64,000 nt of DNA, taken from the NCBI GenBank assembly GCA_964016885.1, contig OZ024746.1, positions 61,504,001 through 61,568,000 of the forward strand, read 5' to 3'. Of this stretch, positions 54,512 to 64,000 are shown in pieces; within the stretch, counting starts at the first letter, position 1, and each line of letters opens with the position of its first letter. A program made the translations under genes and the position numbers. Source of the stretch: Eledone cirrhosa. Taxonomy: Eukaryota. The notes under the pieces are model-generated. The model was not told the origin of the DNA, searched no databases, and was given only the letters and a program-made list of their open reading frames with translations.

Positions 54512-55792
54512 TCATTACCAAATGTGAGAGTCACCTGAAGAAGACCAGTGGGTATGATAATTTAAACATAATGGTAATAGCTGAGGTGAGGACACAAGAC
54601 TGAATATAGTTGTTTGTATTAATATTTCTTGGCTCATCTGAGAAATTTAGATAAAATTAATAAAATGTTATAGTTTGCTTGAATCATTGTATATAATATA
54701 TAACATTGAAAGAGATAGAAGGTTCAACAATGCAAAATGGACTGTAAGGTGAAGTAACAAAAAGTAAAAGTTACCTGGTAATCTTTGTTTTATTTTGTTG
54801 TTGTCGTTGTTCTTTTATCTGTCCAATATTTCGGGACATAAAAGTCCCTTCATTAGGGTTTAAGGAAACTTCAGTGGATAACGTTCCAATTTCCTCTCTA
54901 TGAGATAACATTTTCATTCTGATTTAAGTTTTTTCTAAGTTGTTTTCAAGCGTTTTTTGATGGTTACTTCGCTTTCTATGTTAATGGCGTCAATTTTTTT
55001 TTGTATGAGATGTTTAGTTTGTGTGCCTGGGGATGTGTCTTTTTATGTCAAGTACTGATAACATTGTATTCAATCTTGAAATCCTGCCACTCCCTCTTAA
55101 CCCTTTAGCATTTAAACCAGCCATATCTGGCCAGAATTCCCTGACCTCTTTCTGTTCAAACTGGCCATAACTGGCCACTCATACTCATGTTAAGGTATAT
55201 GATATCAAAATCTCATAGATTCGATATTATATGATGTAAAGCCTTTACCGTGAATATACAATAGTAAATATAGAGTAACGTAAATGCTAAAGGATTAACA
55301 ATTGATAGAAATTGCCCTAATTTTAGTGTTTGATTTTAACTTCTATAAATATAAGTACATAATATTTTTATTGATTAGATTTTAAGTCCTAGATAAAAAT
55401 TAGAGTAAAGTACACTGGTATTTTTTTTTTTCACCTTCATGCTATTGTTTACTTGATAAACATGTTCTAAGTTGAGTGCAGTTTTACAGCATTTGTTTGT
55501 CGATATACACTGTGTCTGTTGGCAGTTATGGTCTCTTTGGCGTTTCTTCCTGTCAAAAGTGTGAGAAATAATGTGCTTCGGTTGGTGGACCCTCAACATC
55601 ATTTGAAAACTCAGCAAATCCTAACAGCGAACCAAAGTGGAAGTAATGTTCATCACTGCAGCGTATAAAGAAAGGACTGTAAATCCTTGGCAGAGCTAAA
55701 GAATCATGTTCATGCCACCCATGTTGAAAGGGGGATCAGGTGGTGGCAATTCTTGAAACTGAGTTACAGCCATATATATATATATATATATA

Positions 55793-56655
55793 TCATCATC
55801 ATCATCATCATTTTACGTCTGCTTTTCCCTGCTTGCAAAGGTGGGACAGGTCCTATTCAGCACAGCATCTCTCTATTCGTCATGGTCCTTTGTCATCTCC
55901 TCTGTGAGCTTCAGTGATCTGAGGTCAGCTCTCACCACCTCTGCCCATGATTTTCGTGGTTTCCTCTACTGTGTCTTCCTTCCACTGGGATTTCTTGGTA
56001 CTTCTTTACCCAGCGGTCATCCTCCATGCGCATCACATGTCCATACCAAAGCAGTCTTCTCTCCCGTACACTACAGCTTATCCCTCTTATACACAGCTTC
56101 TCTCTTAACTCGTCAATGCTTGTATATATATATATATAATCATCATCACGTCCATTTTCCCATATTAGCATGGGACAACAAGTTGTCCTGTTGTGAGACA
56201 AGCCAAGTCTGATGACCACGTCTTGAGCATGACATTTGCTAGGTACAACTGTGCAGCAGCCTGTCTATTTATATATATGTATAGATATCATCTATACTGA
56301 AATAGTCTTTTTTCTTGCACACAACATCCAACTCCTCATATACCCAGTTTTTCTCTCAACTTATCTATGCTTCATCATCCATGTGCTCTAATGTTAAATA
56401 TCCAGTAGAGCATACATACTTCATTCCTTTCTGGCCTCTGTATTGAATACCCATGCCTCACTTCCATTCAATACTGCACTACATATATAAGCAGCATGCA
56501 ACCACCTGTTTATTTAGAGAGAGAACCATTTTATTTCCTTAGGTAACAGCTCCTTGAACTTTTTCCACCCTATTCTTATACCGGCAACTACGCTTTCAGA
56601 GCATCCTCGCCCCCTGCTAATATTTAATAAATCATCTAGGTAGCAGAAGCTACTG
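55793..56655 (-). mobile_element. RTE LINE 3' fragments, interrupted; another at 38322-38700
   Basis: LREKLCIRGISCSVRERRLLWYGHVMRMEDD; upstream FCYLDDL...GWKKFKELL. Confidence 0.85.
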
Positions 56656-59074
56656 ACTACTTCTGTTGAGTGCCTGAGTACTGGAAATACTATATTTTAC
56701 TTGTGGATCTGCCTCATACAGACTGTGTATAGTGTGTATGTGTTTGTTTGTCTTTTCTTCTGTCTTTATATTGACACTGCTTTGGCTGCAGTGATGTTTG
56801 TTTATATCTTGCAGCTCAGCAGTTCTAAGTACCTTATTTTGAATTAAGTAAAGATTGGCATTAGACAAAGCATCTACACACATAATTCTACCTCAAAAAG
56901 CCTCGTTCAATCCATGCCAGCTTGGCAAAGCAGACATAAAGTGGTGGTGGTGATGATAGTGGTGGTGGTAGTGATGGTGATAATATCTTGAGTTACCTTG
57001 ATCTAACTGTCCACTTCATTAAGATGGCTAATTGAGGGAAACTTGACAGTTCTTTCTATTTACGTGTAGTATAAATCTATAGTTACTTGGATATTTACCG
57101 AGATTTAAGTAAAACCTGACAGTTTCATATGTTTATATATACTCTCTATCATTTTATAGTCATGTTGTAACTGTCCTTCTCATCAAGATATTTACCTACA
57201 TTGGAGTAACACCCGACAGTTATATATATATATACTCTGTTATTTTATAGTCTTATTGATGTGATTGTCTTCCTAATGAAATTGTTTACAGTTAAATAAA
57301 ACATATCAGTTTCTTGATGTATTACTTTGATATCATTGGCCATCGAATTAAATTGTTTACACTTAAATACAGCCTGATGCTTTCTCAATTTGTTACATAC
57401 TCTATAAATCTATAGTTACTTTCATGTGATTTTCCATCTCATAATATTGAGATATCTACAGTTCACCGTGTCTAGATACTTTCCTTATTGGGCAGCTATA
57501 ACCCCAGTAAATTTACTGAAAGGTGGGTGAATGTAGCAAAAATGGCCCGAGTAATTGGGCCATCTCTGTATATAAACCTGTAGGTTGAAGATGAGAGCAA
57601 AAGGAGGAAAGGAGCACTTGCACAATACGCTTCTGAAGTTGAGGGTTTTTCTAAACAACCCATTTGTAACGCCTCTCCTCTATTGGGGATTTCGATTGTT
57701 AAATTTGTTTGTTTCAATATTTTTACACGACTGTATGTAAAATCCCCGGCATGTGTTTCAAAACACATCTAAAATGATTTTCACATCAAAAGTGAAACTG
57801 GTGTAATATTCACCTCATTTATGTAGAATTTTGAAGTTGGTGAAAATTGGCAAAATATCGACCTTGAATATAAAGCCCCCCCCCCCCCCCCCCCCCGCCA
57901 TTTTACCATCAATTAAAATTTATTTATTTATTTTAAATATTATTTGAGACATTTCTTGGTTTATGTATGAGTATATGCAGTATATCTATATCATCATCAT
58001 CATCATTTAAACATCCACTCTCCCTGCTAGCAAAGGTTAGATGAGACTTCACAGACCGTGTCAGTAGTGAAGCAGGTCTGCAGACCTCACAGACAAGCTG
58101 GGAGTCTGCATTCTCTTTTACATATGGCTAGATGTCCTTCTTAGAAGTTAATATCAATTTTGCCTCTGAGGGCTTTAAAAGCCCCATCAATATGATTGTA
58201 AATATTATTCTGTTACTTAATGTATTATAATAGTATGGTCTTGTCATTAATGGATTGATATTAGAGATAAGATTTTACTAAAAATACTTTGGAGATAATA
58301 CAACAGAGTGGTGTGAGGGTTGTACAGATTTCATGTATATTTATTAATGATTCAAGCAACTAACAAGGAAGGTATTGTTTCTATACCTCTCTTTTTAAAG
58401 CATAATCCAGTGAGTTCAATTGTTATTGGGATTCAGTGTTGTTATATCTATGTCAATAGAAATGTTTATAGCCTGTGAATATATATATACACACACACAC
58501 ATATATACATACATATATACACACACACGCGCACACTTACATATATAGTTAAGTTGTAATCTATAGAGTAAAGGCTATGTCTAGAACATTACACTTGTGT
58601 GTATTTAATAATCAATTATTTTGTCCAGTATTTCTGGCTAGACCTTATCATCTTTTTCTGAATGGAATAAACATGTATTATCAATATTTGCTTCAACATT
58701 TTCGGCTGCATGTAAAAATGGTTACGAAATGTTGGTTTGTTGAAAAATAAATTCTCTGCTAAGCTTTTTATCCAAATCTTACAATTTTACAAATTCAAAT
58801 GCATTCATTGTTTTAATTTTACCAAATTATAACTTAAACCAGTGAGCTGAGTATTTTTTTAATAAATTTCCATTACAATAGCTTTTAAGACGATTTAAAC
58901 TGCAAATGAACACAATTTTATGCAATGGGAAAGGAGTTATATGGCTGAGAGAGAAAACAAAAATTGTTTTTGAAAATTTGTTACAAAATTGTGAAATACA
59001 CAATCCGTGGAAGGTTTAACAAATAGCAACAGTGATTATTTGCTATGAATGTAAAAAATATATGATTTGTAACA

Positions 59075-59515
59075 TACAGACATTTTTAAGGAAAGGTACA
59101 GGAGATTTTTGTCTGTTGCACTATTAGACAGTCATTTAAGAGTTGGGTACATTAAAATTTTGCCTGTTGCACTATTAGACAGTCATTTTAGAGGAAGGTG
59201 CAACACTACCAGACATTCATATTAGAGAAGGGTACAGCACTACCAGACAGACATATTAGAGATGGGTGCAGTACTACCAGACAGACATTTTAGAGAAGGA
59301 TACATTACTACCAAACAGACATATTAGAGAAGGGTACAACACTACCAAACACATATTAAAGAAGGGTACAACACTACCAGATAGATATTAGATATATAGA
59401 GAAGGGTACAGTACTACCAGACAGACATATTAGAGAAGGGTACAGCACTACCAGATAGATATTTTAGAGAAGGGTACAGTACTAATAGACAGACATTTTA
59501 GAGAAGGGTACAATA
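59075..59515. repeat. ~34-bp minisatellite (gacatattagagaagggtacagcactaccagaca)
   Basis: Visible. Confidence 0.9.
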
Positions 59516-61379
59516 AATTTTTGTTTGTTGCAGTAATCCACCACTCTCAACTGTCTGCTTAATTGTGGTTTGTTCAATAATCTGTCATGTTTTTAGTTTA
59601 ATCTCTGCTTAATGTTCTGTTCAGAATGAAGCCAATAATGACTAGATGGAATTTTATGAGAGTCTTAAATGATTGCAAGATATGAATCTGTTGTTTGAAA
59701 GAAAGAATTATATTTTCAGCTTTCTCCTCTTGTCAGAAATACACTGGTTTTCTAATTCTCTCTGATCTATCTAGGGATTGCATGTCAACAATATGTGTGT
59801 TCTCTCATAGAATGTTATATATTAGTGATGCTACATAATTAGTGTGTTATTGAGTCAATTTTTGTTTGCTTCTCTAAGATCATTATTTAATAGAACTGGC
59901 TCTGTTTCGTGAAATCTTTAGCAGTTGTATCTATTACAGATTTTTTTGGTTTTGTTTTGGAAAACTCGATAAGATAAAGTTATAATCAATTGTAGTTCAT
60001 TTGTAGAATATGGAATGATACTAGTTTAATAATGTGCCATGATCTGAGTGGAGTTTAGCTGATTTATTGTTAGTCAGCTTCATATATTAACATAAGATGT
60101 TTGTCTGCATGCTTTCAGTACATGCGAACTTAGCCTAGTACACTCTTTATAAAACTTAGAGTAAAACATTTGAATTATCCTTGGAATGTTATCATTTTAT
60201 TTTTTCATTCTCTATTTACTTTCAACCTATTCTGACTGCTATATGATGTTGACATATAACTTATCTACATCTTCATTTATATCAATACTGTTGAAATAAT
60301 ATTTTAATTTATATTTTAAACAACCCAACTATTCATAATTAATTCTGAATTCCATTTTTCTGCTATTAAAGTTGTATGAGTCTATGATGTTGCCATCTCA
60401 TGTACTGAGTGAATTTGAGGTCATTGCTTCTTCTTTTTCTACATTACTATTGTTGTGGATTGGCAGAATCGGTAGAGCATAGGACAACTACCTTGGAGAC
60501 ATAGAGTTACAGCCCTTTACAGTCTGAGTTCAAATCCCGCCGAGGTTAGCTTTGCTTTTCATCCTTATGGGGTCGATAAAATAAGTACCAGTAATGCACT
60601 GGGGTCGATTTGGCTTTCCCCCCTCCCCATCAAATTTCTGACCTTGTGCCTAAAGTAGAAACAATTATTATTATTATAAAATAAAGTACTAGTAATGTAC
60701 TGGGTAATTGCTGGCCTTGTGCCAATAGTAGAAACAATTATTATCAGACACGACACTCTGATCACTTGAGGCAGCTGACACCTCTTACATACAACATCTT
60801 CACATTCTTGCAAAAGTAAACATTGGGGTTGAAATTAGGTAAACAGAAACTGTACAGAAGCCTGTTGGCTGTGTAATATACCTGATGAGTTCTGCTTTCT
60901 CCCCCCTTAACTATTTTCATACTAAATCACTTGAAACCACCCCTGGTTTTAGGTTACAGAGCTGTTTTAAAGGGTTTATATTTATTTAAAAACCTTCTAT
61001 CATAATTCTATGTAAGAATATTTGTTAAGCTATGTTCCAAACACCAACTAAATAATGAGGGAGTTAGTGATTTTACTAAATCTCTCAAAATTTTTGAAAG
61101 TTTCAAAATTATGTAAATATCCTAGATAGTATCTTTTATTAGAAATATGGTAACGAAAGGATTAACAGCACCGTTCTTGGAGAACCTGCAAAGGTCATGG
61201 GTTCTGATCTCCTTCCTCTAAGTCGTTAAAAAACACCTAATGCTTAGTATAGCAGATGTTATTGTCAGAACTGTGGTATAGGCTAATTCAAAGATCTTTG
61301 GAGTGTGCCATTGTGGTGATAGTAAGTCTTACTTCTTCTATCTATTACCATCACCAACACCTATTTCTTACTACCATCA

Positions 61380-61707
61380 CCTACTACCACCAATACCTCA
61401 CACTATGTACTATCATATATCTGTTACAACCACCTCTATTTCTCACTACTACCACCAATACCTCACACTATGTACTATCATATATCTGTTACAACCACCT
61501 CTATTTCTCACTACTACCACCAATACCTCACACTATGTACTATCATATATCTGTTACAACCACCTCTATTTCTCACTACTACCACCAATACCTCACACTA
61601 TGTACTATCATATATCTGTTTCAACCACCTCTATTTCTCACTACCATCACCAATACCTCACACTATGTACTATCATACACCTGTTATAACCACCTCTATT
61701 TCTCACT
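61380..61707. repeat. 65-bp minisatellite, left part
   Basis: atcaccaatacctcacactatgtactatcatatatctgttacaaccacctctatttctcactacc. Confidence 0.95.
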
Positions 61708-63240
61708 CATCATCACCGTTTTACGTCCGTTCTTCCACGCTAGCATGGGTTAGACGGGTTGTCCTGTTGTGGGCAGTGTCTGGTCGGCTGACCATGCCTT
61801 GCTCATACAGGAACTGATCTGGCTTGATTTCTACAGCTGGATGCCCTTCCTAACACCAACCTCATTTACAGTGAGTGCTGGGTGCTTTTTCGTGGCGCCT
61901 ACACGTCCACTTTACAGTGTGGGCTGGGTGCTTTTTTGCCGTGGCACCTCCACGGCCACCTTACGGTGGGGGGGGGGGGGGCATATTGTTTATATGCTTC
62001 AGCATGTACCCATGGGAGGTCGGGTACCCTGTATTACTGCGTGACGCCAGAAGTCACGGTCGTGTGTCATTGACTTTGAGAGGTGTAGTTGGGTAAGGTC
62101 GGCTTTTATCACCTCATCCCAAGTCATCTTGGGTCTCCCCACTCCGCGGTTTCCATCAACTTCTAGTGCTCTGCACCTTTTTATGCAGCTGTCATCCTTC
62201 ATACGCATCACATGTCCATACCAGCGTAACCGCCTCTCCTGCACGCAGCATTTGATTCCTCTTATGCTCAGTCTCTCTCTCAATTCCTTTATGCTTTGTC
62301 GTTCACGTATATTACTGTTACACATCCATCGGAGCATGCAGGCTTCGTTTCTCTCTAATCTACGTAAGTCTTCCACCTTCAGCGCCCAGGTCTCACTACC
62401 ATGCAACATCGCTGTTCGGATACACGCATCATACAGTCTGCCTTTCATTCTGAGGGAGAAGCCTTTTGCAGCTAGCAGTGGTAGTAGTTCCCTAAACTTC
62501 TTCCATCCCGTTCTTACCCTAGTTATTGTACTTTCTGAGCACCCACCTCCGTTGCTAATTCGGTCACCTAGGTAGCAGAAGCTGTCTACTGTTTCTACAG
62601 GGCCCTCCCAGAGATTGGTGGTACTTGTTTCCTGTGGCTGTTTGCTTGCTGTTTCAGCACAGCTGCTGCATGTGAATCCTACATTCTTAATTAAGCTTCC
62701 TGAGATCCCGCTACATCTCTTGTGTACCCATTGTTTGCATTTGGGGTAGAGAATGGAGTTCCTACCTACACCTTTCCTACATACTGAGCAAGGCCATTTC
62801 CCTGAGGGGATCTGGGTTCTGTTTTCTCGTCTACTTACAAGGACCTTAGTCTTTGTCATGTTGACTTTGAGGCCCTTTCTCTCTAGTCCCTGCTTCCAGG
62901 TTTGGAATTTATTCTCTAGTTCTACCATAGATTCAGCTATGAGTGCGAGGTCATCAGCATACAGGAGTTCCCATGGGCATCCGGTCTTAAACTCCTCCGT
63001 TATTGCCTGCAGGACTATGATGAACAGGAGAGGGCTAAGAACAGAGCCCTGGTGGACCCCAACCTGTACGCTAAATTCCTCGCTATACTCATTGCCAATC
63101 CTAACTTTGCTGACTGCTCCCCTATACATGGCTTGTACCGCTTTCACAAGCCATTCATCTACTCCTAGTTTTCTAAGAGCCCACCAGATTACTGCACGTG
63201 GAACTCTGTCAAAGGCTTTCTCAAGGTCGACAAATGCCAC
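61708..63240 (-). mobile_element. 5'-truncated RTE-clade LINE with 3' UTR and (GAT)n tail
   Basis: Uninterrupted RT ORF; 3' end cccatgctagcgtggaagaacggacgtaaaacggtgatgatg. Confidence 0.95.
61999..63240 (-). CDS. RTE reverse transcriptase, C-terminal 413 aa (partial, no true start)
   Basis: FVDLEKAFD, GVHQGSVLSPLLF, LLYADD, PHD-like Cys/His insert, FCYLG, RRLRWYGHVMR. Confidence 0.9.
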   Translation of the reverse strand: MAFVDLEKAFDRVPRAVIWWALRKLGVDEWLVKAVQAMYRGAVSKVRIGNEYSEEFSVQVGVHQGSVLSPLLFIIVLQAITEEFKTGCPWELLYADDLALIAESMVELENKFQTWKQGLERKGLKVNMTKTKVLVSRRENRTQIPSGKWPCSVCRKGVGRNSILYPKCKQWVHKRCSGISGSLIKNVGFTCSSCAETASKQPQETSTTNLWEGPVETVDSFCYLGDRISNGGGCSESTITRVRTGWKKFRELLPLLAAKGFSLRMKGRLYDACIRTAMLHGSETWALKVEDLRRLERNEACMLRWMCNSNIRERQSIKELRERLSIRGIKCCVQERRLRWYGHVMRMKDDSCIKRCRALEVDGNRGVGRPKMTWDEVIKADLTQLHLSKSMTHDRDFWRHAVIQGTRPPMGTC

Positions 63241-63705
63241 ATCACCAATACCTCACACTATGTACTATCATATATCTGTTACAACCACCTCTATTTCTCA
63301 CTACCATCACCAATACCTCACACTATGTACTATCATACACCTGTTATAACCACCTCTATTTCTCACTACCATCACCAACACCTCACACTATGTACTATCA
63401 TATATCTGTTACAACCACCTCTATTTCTCACTACCATCACCAATACCTCACACTATGTACTATCATATATCTGTTACAACCACCTCTATTTCTCACTACC
63501 ATCACCAACACCTCACACTATGTACTATCATATATCTGTTACAACCACCTCTATTTCTCACTACTATCACCAATACCTCACACTATGTACTATCATATAT
63601 CTGTTACAACCACCTCTATTTCTCACTACCATCACCAATACCTCACACTATGTACTATCATATATCTGTTACAACCACCTCTATTTCTCACTACCATCAC
63701 CAACA
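63241..63705. repeat. 65-bp minisatellite, right part
   Basis: Same unit as 61380-61707, about 7 copies. Confidence 0.95.
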
Positions 63706-64000
63706 CCACCACCACCTCACAATATGTACTATTATCATTACTCTTCACTATGAACACCACACCATCCCAACTATCACCACTTTCACCAAACACCAGCTCA
63801 GGAGAGCCTCTATGTGGTAATTTCATTTGCTAGAAATAAGTCCAATTCTCTCAATGTATTGCATTCAACCACCATAAAAACAGAACATGTTGGCTAATGT
63901 AGTCTAAAATATAGAAAAAGATATGATGGTTATGGCTGAAATCTCTTTGATCATACGTCTGCTCAGTCAGCTGACCTGGCGCTGATCTTCATCATCATCA

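Noticed and set aside
62129-63349. Plus-strand ORFs of 148 and 198 aa
   Set aside because: Antisense shadows of the RTE RT

Overview
AT-rich eukaryotic DNA dominated by repeats, probably intronic or intergenic. The SINE, RTE and (TA)n/(TATG)n content resembles octopod cephalopod genomes (inference). No host protein-coding gene could be supported, and almost all ORF-track entries are microsatellite or antisense artefacts. Recognisable content: a decayed Penelope-like element (RT + GIY-YIG) in (TA)n at 6.0-8.8 kb; a 5'-truncated RTE LINE inserted in a 65-bp minisatellite at 61.7-63.2 kb; several RTE/Expander and CRE fragments; many tRNA-derived SINEs; Helitron, hAT, piggyBac-like and mariner non-autonomous elements; and many minisatellites. 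The most notable signal is a dispersed set of type I hammerhead ribozyme (HHR) motifs next to (TA)n tracts. Six have intact or near-intact cores and several more are decayed or half copies. Four form a family with a conserved C.Y mismatch in stem II and a predicted cleavage site inside AAUAAA. A 152-bp palindrome with perfect arms is built by fold-back at a HHR stem II. All calls are by eye and no searches were run.
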